Shown: positions 12,007 through 24,118 of the stretch, piece by piece
How the letters are laid out: every line of letters starts with the position of its first letter
Position numbering within the stretch: the first letter of the stretch is position 1
Assembly (NCBI GenBank): GCA_008632985.1
Contig: QPGO01000105.1
Span: 1-64,000, forward strand
DNA from: Psammoneis japonica
Taxonomy: Eukaryota
Length of the DNA: 64,000 nt
Direction of reading: 5' to 3'
Made by a program: the position numbers and the translations under genes
Notes under the pieces: model-generated
The model's database searches: none
Seen by the model: only the letters and a program-made list of their open reading frames with translations
What the model was told of the DNA's origin: nothing

Positions 12007-13610
12007 CCGTCTCGCTGATGTCCGTCGTATGGTGACTACTGATACTTACGTGGAAAAGACATTTGCGTTATTATATATACTTTTAAAGGTTATTAATTTT
12101 AGTAAAAATTACCTTCAAGTACGGAGGCCGATCATAACAGGGTGGTCGGTGGGGTTTCGAGTTTAGATCGTGTAGTAAGCTTTCTTCCGCACTTGTCCAG
12201 GTTTCATTGTTCTCGAATTGCGAGATGCATTCAGGTGATTGCTATTTACAAGATAACGCGTGTACAAAGATTCAAAAAAGTTATTACTGCTTGAACTTAG
12301 ATCTACATCTGAAAGCAAAAAAGAAAGGGTGCACCTGTATCCACAGCGCAAGCGTGCGGAGTTTGAGTGGGAAACTGAGCATTTCGAAGGCAGTGGGTGC
12401 AGTGGAAGCTTGAGGATCTCCGGAAAGAATGTTATTTCCCTGAACACTCACATGGACTAATGAATCTGATGCGTAATAGCCCTTCAGATTTGAAAATTTA
12501 GTCGCAACTGAAATTTGGTAACAAGGAAGCTGCAGATCTCGCTCAACCCTGCCTCTCCTGTCTGCGCTTCCTTCTCTCATAAAGTCCATGTTACTGGCGT
12601 CAAATATAACGACTGTGCAGGGTCGTGGCCATGGTCATTCATACGTGTTACATCCAACAGAGGAGTCGCGCCGAAAGTGCGCTTGTGTGGCCTTTCTCCT
12701 CCAATCGCGCGTCTCAAAACATTTTGTTGCGCAGATTCGACTCAACGGCTCCTTTCTACGTTTCGTAATATCATTATGAGGCCATGCTTGTGTGCGTTGA
12801 AGCCACTGCCATTCTGGTAGTCTCGACATTTTTGGCTTGAGTAGCGATGGAAGTATCCGAGGCGGAGTGCATTTGGCGGAGAAAATGTGAGTATCCAGGG
12901 AGGCATTACAACATATTTATATTCGTACACTTATATATATCCACAACTTGATATGGGTGGACTTTTTGAATATCTGCATATATGCATGTATGACTATAAA
13001 ATAATTTACTTATGGTTCTTTCTTCCAAAATGTCGGTCCGGCAACGAACAAAAATCGCTGAATCATGCTTGGCGAGGGTCACACAAATCCTTCACGACAA
13101 AGCGATAGCGGAGTATTTCGTGCGCTCTTTCTCCTTGCAACACAACTCCTGTTGTTAGACTGAAGCAGGCCACCTAGATAAGGAGGCTTGGGGCTTTTGT
13201 AATTGGGGAAGGGGATACGGGGAACTGAGTGTTTCGTTATTCATATTATTTGGGGGATCTCTTTCGTTTTGTGATTGTTGTTGGTCATACGTCATACGAA
13301 AAAGTAACGTCTCAGCATAAATCCTCTGAAGAGCGGGTGGCGTTTTTCGATCATTAAAGCCAATCATTGACTGTATTGGAACTTCCATCGCTAAAGAAGC
13401 ATTTCAAGACTGAAGTCATACAACATACAGAAAGCTTGGTGCGAAGCTCTTTCGAGTGGGCGGAGAAAAGCGTCGTGCAACACACATTTGGGTGGGTGAC
13501 TTTTCCTCGAATCTTCTGCGTCGAATCGAAGCAGTAGGGTTTGTTGGAAGGTCCCCACAAAAGAACGAGGCAAGACGTCTTCCCTTACCTCATACATCAT
13601 TCAGGCGGCG

Positions 13611-15169
13611 ATGGGGCAGTGTTCAACGCTGCCCGCTGAGGCCAGGCAAAATGCCACATCGTCGCCAGCAGGAGTTCGTTATCATCGCAACCAACAACGC
13701 GATGACTATGCTACAGCAAGTCGGAATCATTCTGGGTATGCCATGCAGAATCAGAGCCAATATGATGCTAGGTATCAAGGGAAACGGAGCAGTGGAAATT
13801 ACGGAACACAGTCACGCTCCCGCCAACAAGTTGTTCATTTCTCTGGCACTCCACAGGGTGCGTCAGTTCCTCAAAACCATCACCACGGGGGTAAAAACTA
13901 TGTACCAATGAGTCCACACCAGGGGCCTCATGCTCCTTTTGCTCCACAAGCTCACGATCCAGTACCGATGGACGAAGATCGTGCTCCGCCAACCCTTTCC
14001 CCACCAGACTCTGCTAAACGCACGAGATGCTACAAGTTAAACTTGGAATCCAATTTGGTGGGACTTAGAGGAGGAGGTGACGGTGGCGTTGCTATCACAC
14101 AACCCTTGGGTCCATTTGACCAGACTCCCGCATTGACCAGGACAATGAGTGACGATTCGTCTATCGTTGCCGACCCAACCACCGTGGCCATTCGTACTGC
14201 TCAAATATTCCGCGGTATTACTGTTGGCACTGACGGAACCATATTGTCTCAAAATGCCCGTGCCACAAGAGCAAATAAGAACCGGAACAAACGCGGTGAA
14301 AAGTCAAGACAAGCGGCTAAGATAGACAAGGCTAAGGATTTGGTTGAGGAGTCAATTCAAACAGGAAAGGTACGATTCGCTACCGCGATGTATGGTCGAG
14401 CTAGTTTTGCACTCTTGGTTTGTCACTGACAATAAGGCGCTTTTTTGTTTCTCTCACTTCTTATCCCTATCAGGCTCCAAACTCTAACGACCCCGCTAAT
14501 TTGGTATCTCTTTTCATTTTTGGCGAATACGATAACATGAATCACTTGGTTCGCGACGGGTCAAAGAAGCTGCGAGAAGCCGAGGCCACACAGCTTCCAG
14601 ACGACGACTTGCTAGCTATCAATCTCCAGAGGCCAGGTCAGGGCAGTTTTCGCGAAGCACCGAAAACGCCTGTGTACGAAAACATGGCTAGTCCAACGCG
14701 AAAAAGGGTATCCCCGCATCACAACGCTTTCAATAGCAAAGCAAAGTTCTCTTCGTCTTCCATCTATCCTCAGTCGGCGCCACCCAAACTCAAGGTTCAT
14801 CCTCGTGACCGTCCAAGCACACGTCGCCTTGGCGGTTCTGATAATAATGGTTTTCGAGCTCGGTTTCCACACGACGCATCGTGTACGGGCATGTTTTCTC
14901 CTCACCACAGCGCTGGCGGCGCCGACAGCGACTGGAGTGAAGCCTTGGGCTTTTCCAAGGGTCTCAATTCCATTTTCCATTGCGGTGGGTCTGATCAAAC
15001 GGTGGTTCCCACGACGAAAACGACACCAAAACGAGTCAACCATCCGAGGCAACAAACCATGGATTATCGCAACGAGTCAAATTATGCACGAGCCTACAAC
15101 AGTGCTAGAACTGCGGAACCAACACAGCGAGTGGACAACACACCGGCTCGTGGGAGCATACATGTATAA
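13611..15169 (+). CDS. Hypothetical low-complexity protein, possible N-myristoylation (MGQCST); intron 14370-14473
   Basis: Two long ORFs join at AAG|GTAC...CAG|GCT in phase 0; normal codon composition. Confidence 0.7.
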
Positions 15170-15749
15170 AATTTACGAGGCATGGAATTTGTCAATGATG
15201 ATCCTCTTTGATATATCAATGGTAATGCCATGAGTGTAAATGTTGTGAAACGAATTGAAACACCGACGTTTCGGTGTTGTACTACTAAATGTCTAAGAAC
15301 GCTTCAGCATTAACTTCTTTCTTGTATTCCATAGCTAGTGACGTGAAATGAAACTCTCTAACTGCATGGTGCTTTGGTAAACGGTGTCGTCCCAGTCATG
15401 CAGCGGCTTTTTGGAAGTTTTCAAAGGGCCCCTGATGGACGGGATGAATGTTATTGGGGACTTATTCGGCACCGGATAGATGTCTCTACCGTAATAAAAA
15501 GCACCAATGGATATTCCCTAAAAAGAGGTGGAGGTCTACCCGTTGTTTCATTGGTCGTATTATAAGTCCACAAGCTCTGTTCACATGAACAAGAGAGTCA
15601 AACTCCCCATGATGGACTACTGAGTAGACTAGTTTGAAGCGTCGAACTCAACAATTATATTACGGGCGTATCCCTTGGTCTTATTTCCCAAAAAGAGCAA
15701 GTTCGCCATTCACTTCCCACCGAGTTGGAATAATCCGATGGAAAAAGGC

Positions 15750-17114
15750 TTAATTATCATTGTTCCCCTCAAAATTGAAGGAAAGAGTTGGAGCTGGCTC
15801 AACCCCATTCCCAACTACTTGCCAACCAGTTTTTCGGGGAAAACTAGAAACAGCTTCATTGACGAATGGAGAAGCTCGGTAGAAGTCCTCTTCATCATGT
15901 TGAACTTCAGATGCGACAATCGTAATATACCAGGTAGAATATCCGTCATACCCCACACACCGGACAATTGCAAATTGTGATGGACAATGATTCCATTCGC
16001 CGTGCATACAGTATTCAGGACCAGTCGTAGAGAGGATATCATTACGTGTATAAACACCATTGACAGAAGAAATTCCAGCTCCTGTAACGGTGATGCTGGT
16101 CGGCAGAGGCGACTTCAAGACGTCAATCTCTTCTCGGGCCTCTTGGAGTGACGCTAAGCGGACTTCTGAGAGGAGAAGTGGGCTCAGATTTTCGAGAGAT
16201 TCGTTTGCGGCTGCTGAATCATTCAATCGACTCCATTCCAGAGCCAAGGACTTGACGCAGCATTCGTGCAGTCTGGTTGATGGCGCTGTCCCATCACTCA
16301 CCGCCGGCAGGACGGCTTTTTCGACCTCGAGTAACTTCAGGGAAGCATCAAAGTGCAGCCGTAAGCAACTGCCGACGGATTCAACTAGTTTTGAGAAAGT
16401 TTCAACATCCAGTTGATTCTTGTGTCGCATGCAGAACTCGGCAATCAGCCTGAAATAGCGTGCAGGAACCCTGGAACTGCTCTCCATCATATGGGATTGA
16501 ACGTCGACCCAGAATTGGACGCCCGAACCTTCCATCAAAGGAGAGTCTATGGCAATGTCGCCACAGCACTTCTTCACAACCATTTCTCGCAGTTCCTTGA
16601 TGTGAAAGGTTGCTGCGTGCTCGAAGCATGTCATGAACTCCGCATCGTTTAAGTGGATCCGCTCCCAGAACTCGAGCACTTTCGAGCGGAGACTGTCAAC
16701 TTGAAGATAGTCTGCCAGATGAAAGAGTGTAGCGGAGTTCTCGGGCGTCAACTCAGGTTCATCTAAATCGTAGATATAATCCAAGAGCTGAGGAAAGGCC
16801 TTGGCTGCCAGAGGATGAAATTGAATCGTAGACTTGTTGCTTAGCGCTTCCGCTGTGGCGCTCGCAAACAGAGCTTCAAAATATCCGCTGCTCTTCTCTC
16901 CAAACCCCAAAATGTTCTTATGCACGTGGTACGTGTCACTGGTTTCTTCTCCTTTCGCGTTCTCGTAAACAACCTCGATGGAGAAATCGCTGTAGCTCTC
17001 CTCCGGATCAAGTCGCCAGTTCAGCACACGCCACACGCGTTTGTTGGTCTTGTTGTTGTTGTTGCCAACGGCCTCATCATCACCGCCATTCATCTTGTTA
17101 CTTTCTCCTCTCAT
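15750..17114 (-). CDS. BTB/POZ domain protein
   Basis: LNWRLDPEESYSDFSIEV...YHVHKNILGFG...SGYFEALF...AFPQLLDYIY...LADYL; start could be 17114 or 17093. Confidence 0.85.
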   Translation of the reverse strand: MRGESNKMNGGDDEAVGNNNNKTNKRVWRVLNWRLDPEESYSDFSIEVVYENAKGEETSDTYHVHKNILGFGEKSSGYFEALFASATAEALSNKSTIQFHPLAAKAFPQLLDYIYDLDEPELTPENSATLFHLADYLQVDSLRSKVLEFWERIHLNDAEFMTCFEHAATFHIKELREMVVKKCCGDIAIDSPLMEGSGVQFWVDVQSHMMESSSRVPARYFRLIAEFCMRHKNQLDVETFSKLVESVGSCLRLHFDASLKLLEVEKAVLPAVSDGTAPSTRLHECCVKSLALEWSRLNDSAAANESLENLSPLLLSEVRLASLQEAREEIDVLKSPLPTSITVTGAGISSVNGVYTRNDILSTTGPEYCMHGEWNHCPSQFAIVRCVGYDGYSTWYITIVASEVQHDEEDFYRASPFVNEAVSSFPRKTGWQVVGNGVEPAPTLSFNFEGNNDN

Positions 17115-17514
17115 TGACGGTACACTATGCACCGCACCCTTATAGATCGTCGGCTGGACTACTCTCTTTACAATAAGCCTTGTTGGCTTGTTGGTTGTCT
17201 TTTGTTTGTTCACGCAACACAAATCACAACAGCACGCATCCAACATCATCCAACGACTATTTTTCTATTATATACGTTCATGAGTGTTTTTAAATCTACG
17301 TGCAGTTTTGAATATAACCGTGCAGTTCTTTCGATTTCGTACCCTTTTTTGACTTTTTACTTGTTCATGGATGTTTGAAGAATCTACGTGTAGTTTTTTC
17401 GATTTCTTCCAGTTTTTCGATATTTTTTATTTCTTCAAGTTTTTTCGATTATTCTCCACGCACGCACCACACGCCACACTCGCACGGTGGATCAATAGTC
17501 TACATGGCGCTGCC

Positions 17515-18642
17515 ATGGCCGGTTGTTACAATCCCTGGCAGTCTCTGGTGCTGATTAGCTTGAGCATATTGGGCATAGTACAGCTATCTAGTTCCTTTGC
17601 CTTGCCTACTAGTACAAGTATCATTCGTTCTGCAAGATTCAGCAAGAATCATCACTTGCAAAACAAACCACGCAATAACATCATGAAAGAAACTGCAAGC
17701 AGTGAAGTAAATGACAACGACAATAACGTTTCTGCAGAAGAGAAGTATCGCAAATCGTTGGATACGCTCTCGTCTTGTTCCAAATATGCCATTATCGCGG
17801 GTATTGTCGGGATTATCACGGGTCAAAGCATTCTCATGGACGCTGCCAATCCCTCGAATTTCTTTACAACGATTAGTTTGATTTCCGAGACAACAACTCG
17901 AATGGTCTTGGCTGTAGCACTACGTAAAGTTTTGCAGTTGTTAAAGGACTGTAACTATGAGGTCAATGCCGACATCATGTATCCGATACACACGACAATG
18001 TCTTGGACGTGGCTCCTTAGCTCGTGTCTCATTTTTCTCAATGCCATTGTTATATCTGGAACCATTGACGTGTCGTCGCTCATGGTCAAAAATCACAATA
18101 CTGTGAATGAACTCATCAATACTCTTCTTCAGCAGCGTCAAGGTGTGTTACTGACAATGGGTGCAATTGGTATTGTACCGCTGCATCTAGCTGCGTCAAG
18201 AGCTGTACAAGTAGCTATAGGAAAAGGCAAACCCCCGGGAGAGGGTGGTGGCAAGGTTTACAATTACAAGGTGGCACGCCAAGCAGGCTTGTCATCGGCT
18301 CGGAACCAATTGTATTGTTTGGGTTCACTCGCCGTAATTGGTGTGACTCAAGTCTTGGTAGTTTTGACACTGCCCAATGTCGTCGCCAAGTGTTTTGGAT
18401 TGATTGACTTGTTGGAAGTGTGGACCATTGGTGGATTGCTTGCTGTTTACAACAACAGTTTTCTATCCAATGTTATTGCCTCCACCAATGGAGAACAAGA
18501 TGGCGTGGAGGATTATGTGGATTTGTTTGATGCGCAAACGGGGTTCTTTGGTAAAGTTGGATCTGTCTACAAATCGGAATCTATGTCAAAGTTGGTTCTC
18601 TATGTCGTGACGGGAATCAAGCTTTTTCTTGGCGCAAATTGA
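17515..18642 (+). CDS. Multi-pass membrane protein, probably plastid-targeted
   Basis: Signal peptide ending SSF-ALP, Ser/Thr-rich transit-like segment and several hydrophobic helices. Confidence 0.7.
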   Translation: MAGCYNPWQSLVLISLSILGIVQLSSSFALPTSTSIIRSARFSKNHHLQNKPRNNIMKETASSEVNDNDNNVSAEEKYRKSLDTLSSCSKYAIIAGIVGIITGQSILMDAANPSNFFTTISLISETTTRMVLAVALRKVLQLLKDCNYEVNADIMYPIHTTMSWTWLLSSCLIFLNAIVISGTIDVSSLMVKNHNTVNELINTLLQQRQGVLLTMGAIGIVPLHLAASRAVQVAIGKGKPPGEGGGKVYNYKVARQAGLSSARNQLYCLGSLAVIGVTQVLVVLTLPNVVAKCFGLIDLLEVWTIGGLLAVYNNSFLSNVIASTNGEQDGVEDYVDLFDAQTGFFGKVGSVYKSESMSKLVLYVVTGIKLFLGAN

Positions 18643-19494
18643 TATCATGCTTGGAAGGAATGTCCATCAGGTATTACTACAAGATTAGCGCTACACAGAA
18701 CGACAAGTGATTGATTCACGGTAACTACACTTCCTACTACGAGGCAAAGAGTTTACCAGCAAGATTGGTGTTATTCATACCGTGGCAGTGTCGTTCTATA
18801 GTGACCTTGACCTGCGATGCGCTTGTCGAGGCATTCAAAGCTGTACTCTAACAAAGCTCTGGTGAGCTTTGGTGTAACCAGCACAATTGAATGATCAATC
18901 ACTATCTAGTTGTTTTCTACATCCTTCCGAGTTACGAATCGCGATAGTAAATGCCTCTCTGAATCGCTCTTGCGTTGTTACATTGCTATAAACACTCCTG
19001 TTCGAGTGTGAGCTACAATACTGCTACATTGCTCGCTGGAGTTTTGCATGTCAGCCGGCCAAAAGACACCGTAAGGGGCACTCTTGACTCTAGTGAGTAG
19101 ATTGATCGAATGAAGACTATGGATCGACTCATGCTTTCGATTTCAATTCGACTTATGGTATCATAGCCCTCTAGAGGGCTACTGCTTGAGAAAAGGAATC
19201 GAACAATGTGCTGCCTTGCGCAATCAAATTGTGGCGAGCTCGGAGCTCTCATTTAATGAATATTCATGCTCATAAATATTTTAATATTATTATGACCCCT
19301 AAATGTCTCGCAGTCATCCTTTCATCGCGTCAATCAACGGCAAAAACAGCCCAAAAGAAAACGTTCAACGGCAACGCATCATACCGAACATACCGTTTGC
19401 CTTTTTGTAGAACCTTGTCATTCATCTTACATCCACCGTACAGTACTGCTTGCTCTGCTATCGACAGTCACTTCTTCTCATAAGAACATCCATC

Positions 19495-20415
19495 ATGTCA
19501 TCATCACGAGGAGGTGGTGGCGGCGACGCTGGCAGTACAGCCGCATCATCCATGGACTCGGTTCATGTGCGAAATCGCAAAATTGATTCACTGCGTACCC
19601 AAGTCGAGAGCAAGCTGTACAAACTAGTCGAGGGGAAGGGACAAGAATTTGATTTACTACGAAAACAAGTGGAAGAATTGCGACAACATCCTTCCTCTGA
19701 AGATGTGCTGTCGTCTAGTGCGAGTAGTCATGTCGTTGATGTCCATAAGACTTCCACAAGCAGAAGGCAATCGATCGGCAACAGCACCACCACGAGTACT
19801 ACAAGTTCTAGCACAACCACAGGCGTGACGGATTTGATCATTATGGATCCATATGGAGACGAAGGCACGTATAGCGGTTCGGTAAACAAGAAGAAGGTAC
19901 CACATGGCGTTGGAACCATGCAATACAGGGATGGCCGCTTGTACGAGGGAGAGTGGAAACACGGACATTGGCATGGCAGAGCGATTGCTAAATTTAACAA
20001 CGGGGATGTTTACGAAGGAAATTATAAAAAGGATCAACGACAAGGACACGGGTTGTACAAGTGGCGTGACGGACGAACCTATCAGGGAGAGTTTGAAGCG
20101 GATGAACGACATGGTGTCGGCGTGTATTGTTGGAGTGATGGAGCGTGCTATAAAGGAGAGTTTGCTCACGGCAAACGACAAGGTCAGGGAAGCTATACCT
20201 TTGCCGATGGATCGCATTACAAGGGAGAATGGGTCCAGGGGCGTTTTCATGGAGTTGGGCATGTCCAGTGGGCAGATGGACGCTCCTACAAGGGAGAATG
20301 GCAAGAAGGAAAGGCGCATGGGCGAGGTGTGGAAACATTAAAAGACCAGACCATTAGGCATGATGGAGAGTGGATTGAGAATGAGCCAGTTTTAGATAAC
20401 GACGACGAAGCGTGA
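19495..20415 (+). CDS. MORN-repeat protein
   Basis: About 7-8 consecutive YEGEW/YQGEF...HGxG repeats. Confidence 0.9.
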   Translation: MSSSRGGGGGDAGSTAASSMDSVHVRNRKIDSLRTQVESKLYKLVEGKGQEFDLLRKQVEELRQHPSSEDVLSSSASSHVVDVHKTSTSRRQSIGNSTTTSTTSSSTTTGVTDLIIMDPYGDEGTYSGSVNKKKVPHGVGTMQYRDGRLYEGEWKHGHWHGRAIAKFNNGDVYEGNYKKDQRQGHGLYKWRDGRTYQGEFEADERHGVGVYCWSDGACYKGEFAHGKRQGQGSYTFADGSHYKGEWVQGRFHGVGHVQWADGRSYKGEWQEGKAHGRGVETLKDQTIRHDGEWIENEPVLDNDDEA

Positions 20416-20769
20416 GGGGTGCTTTGTAATGTGACTTGTAGTTCTTTGTTAGCATTTATGACGTTGGAAATTGAGCTTTAAAAACCCTCAGAGCTTCAAC
20501 GGATGTAGCGCTGTATTATAGGAAGGAAACTAGTTCCACCAGAACCAATTTGGGCTTTGCGACAGTCTATGATGACACAGCACATTATGAATCATCTCCT
20601 TGAAATGGGCAAGCAGTGGAGACCGATGCTATATAAGGCCTGACATGCGTTGCGTCCGACGGTGCGTACCGATAGATTATGTTGTGTTGCGATGCGGCAA
20701 ACGGCAAATGCAATTGAAACACGAGCTCAAATTTAATGTTTATATAGCGCCCCGCATGGATGTTGTTGC

Positions 20770-23700
20770 AAACGTTGCGATTCAATTCACACTTTTTTCC
20801 GTGCAAATGATGTGAGTTTTTGTCAGGGGTTTGTGACATTTGTGTCAAACTTCAACCAAGACATCCATGCATTGTTTGTGCTGAACACGGCTCATTCATG
20901 CAGGGTTGTCAAAATCACATTTTGGTCCACAGTGTTGCGCTCTGCGTTCCACAGCTTGTTGGGCAGCTTCAGACTCATTGTGAATCAAGTGCAATGATGG
21001 TGCTCCTGGCACAGCACTGCAATGGTGCCAGAGTTCTGTCATGAACAACTCTCCTCCCAAGTCACCTGTTTGCACAAGTGCTTGAGCAGAACAGAGGTGC
21101 CGCTGTTCAGTTGTTGCCTGATTTTCTGGACTTGGCATCTTGCCCAACTTGCTCAATCAAGTGTTTTGGCCCAACAAGTCACAGTGGCTTTGTCAAATGC
21201 CTGGGGCTGGAGCAGTTGCCCATGCACTGAGTGGTTTTCTAGAAAGTCCCCAAATGCCTTGAATTCATGGGCTAGCTGGGAGCAAGAAATGAGTGCTGTC
21301 ACCATCAGCTGTGACCTTGACAAATCCCTCAAGCACACTGTGGATCTTGCTGAAAGCATAACTTGGCAGAGGTCCTTGGCCTCAGCAACTCCCTCTGGTG
21401 CTGCCAACTGACCACACATGCAAGGCAGCATCTCAGCCAACCCCTTTGAGAAAGGCGCTGAAGGCAACAGCATCGGCCATGGCAGAGTGCATCAAAATGC
21501 ATCTTTGGAGGTGTTGAAAACAAAGAGCACTCAGGTTGGCACAAACATGTGTCTGCATCTGAAAAAGCAAGACACACCCACTGGGTGAGTGGCTGCACAC
21601 AATGTGTGGTCATTTGGCTGTCAAACAAGAGAACCAAGTCAGCTCAGCAGCAGCACAAATGACACAATGACAAACCAGCACACAAAAACCCACAAATTGA
21701 TGCAACACATGTCCTGGCACATGTGCACATGCACAATGAGTTGTCTCCAATGACTTGACACCCACTTTGCTGGTGCTTGGGCCACGCCAGCAATGCTGTT
21801 CATTTGCATTCATTGCCCAACCATTTGCACACTGCCATTGCCTGTTCAAAACACAGCAAACAACAGGCTGGAAGTTCTGGCAGGAGTTGGGGTGTGATTC
21901 AATGCAAAACAAGTTGAAGTGGCACAATCAATGGGAAATTGGAGTTGTGGGTTGTTTGTCTGTGTGGTCTGCCACCCAAGTGACAGCAAGCAAATGGCTT
22001 GATCAAATGACCAAAACCACCAAATGTCCATTGAGTGATGTTGTGGCATGACTCTCTTGCTCCAGCAGCAAGGGCACACCCAAAGCCCTGTAGCAACACA
22101 CAATGATGAATGCACCAATGGCTGCCAACAGGAAAAGCGGCAATTTTGCAAACATGCAAACTCTCCCGCACTTGCAGAAAATGGACTTCTTCAAAATTTT
22201 TGCTTGCCACCTTTGTTCTCATGAGTGTGTGAAGTTGAAAGTCTTTGGCTTGGCAAAACAGAAAGTTTAGAACAACTGTGCAGAGGATTGTGCACAACAA
22301 TTCTTGCAAGAAGGAGTCACATGCATCTCTGGGCAACGCGCATCAAAATCCTGTCCTGTCTTTCTTTGGCACAGTGTGTGGCACTGCATCATCAGCTTCC
22401 TCTGTGCACCCCCAGATTGTCTGCATCAAGACAGCTGAGCTCTCCCACACCTTTGGCAAAGTCTCTGTTTTCTTGTGCATGTGTCCAAATGAATGTTTGA
22501 AAAGCAAGCTCTTTGTTGCAGCTACCAGCACAAGTTTCTTCTTGCCACTGCTCTTGCACTGCAAAGCCAGGCTGGCTGTCTGGTGCCACTTTCTTTGCTT
22601 TTGGTGCACTCTTTTTGCCTCAGCTGCAACCCCCCCCCCTTGGGCTGAAACCTTTTGAGATTTGCATGTTTTGTCATTTGGCTGGAAGCATTGCTGGCTC
22701 AACTTCCTGCATCCCCTCTCTTCTTGGCTGCTGGCTTGCAGGCTTCTTTGCTTTGTCCCACTTGTTTGTCTTTTTGCTTTTAGAGTGAGACTTTGCTTTT
22801 TCTTTGACTTGCTTGCAGGAGAATGTTTGCTCTTTTTCTTTGTGGCAGCTGCCCTCTTCTTTGTGGGCACACTTTTCTTGGCTCCTCAGGTTTGGACATG
22901 GACATTTCAACCTTTCCAGAGCTGTCATTGACTCTGCTTTTGGCACATGGGTCACATTCTTTGATGCTGCAAGCACTGCTTTTGGCTGCAGTGGAAGCCA
23001 TTGTGCTTGTCATCAACTCTCCGAGTCTTTTGCAGCAACGCAGCAACTTGAGCAATGCTCCCATTTTGTTGCTGTCCAGAAATTGTCACACTCTGTGATT
23101 GTTGCTCAGCGACCAATGATGGTGCTTCTCCCCATGACTTTTGATCATGTCTCAGCATGTAACAACAAGTGCCGTTTTGCCTGAGAGGCAGCTGTGGCGA
23201 AAAGACACAGCTTTGCACCACTGCCTGTGTGAGGGCTCCAAAACAACTGCTCACATGCCAGCTGCAATAACTTGCACACTGCTTTGTTTCAAACAACAAG
23301 GCACTCAACTGGCCATGCAGACATGGTTGCATCCACCTCTTCTCTGCCTGCACCAGTGCCACAGCATTGCAGAGATTGTTGCCAGCAGCAACAGCAGCAT
23401 GGGAGCAGCTTTTGCAGCCACCAAAAGGCTCAAACTAGAGTGGCTGGAGGAAGGCTCTGCAGCAAAAATGACAGCAGCTTTTGTGGCAGAAAGCTCAAAC
23501 TTGCCAGAAAAAGACTCTTCTCCATGACAAGGTGATGGCAGCAGACAAGGTGATCATGTCATCTCTGGTGGAAAAGTCAAAAATGGCTGAGAGCCAGGCT
23601 TTTCTCCAGAGTTGGAGAAAGAGGCAGGGACACCAAAAACAGCAGACAACTTGATGGTGAGTTGTGAGGTTCTTGTGGCCCATGATGCAACTGATGACTC

Positions 23701-23960
23701 TGAAGAGACCAACCATGTTCTCAAGATTGGGGTTGACCTGAAAGCAAAACCCAGAAAATGGGGGGCACTGTTTTGCCAGTTGCCTAAAATTGCCATGGGT
23801 GCTGCCTTTGTTTGTCAAGACAGCAAGGAACAAGGCATGTTCAGTTCTGTCATGCCTTGAATGCCTCCCTGAGTCGGCAAAACAGAACATCAAGTCTTGG
23901 AGACAAGCCAAGGCCCATTTTGAGAGAGTCTGTCTGTAGATGTTCCGCAGGTCATTGCAT
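20770..23960. other. TpA/CpG-depleted hypermutated block
   Basis: Near absence of TA, Tyr-free six-frame ORFs and sharp edges. Confidence 0.85.
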
Positions 23961-24118
23961 GCATGAGACCGCATCCTTTACGGTACGTACAGTGCGGTGC
24001 ACAGCACAACGAAAATGGGATTCTACGGTCCACGCCAAAACGAGGGTGTAGCAGTGAGAGAGCTGAGAGAGTAGCTAGAATATTGACAACTACTGGAACA
24101 ATGGCTTAAGCTTCGTTG

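Noticed and set aside
19657..20341. Alternative-frame and antisense ORFs over the MORN gene and the LRR Cys repeats
   Set aside because: By-products of repetitive coding sequence in the main frame.
20600..24050. Autonomous transposon with TIRs or a transposase/RT in the depleted blocks
   Set aside because: I could not identify terminal repeats, target-site duplications or catalytic motifs by eye.
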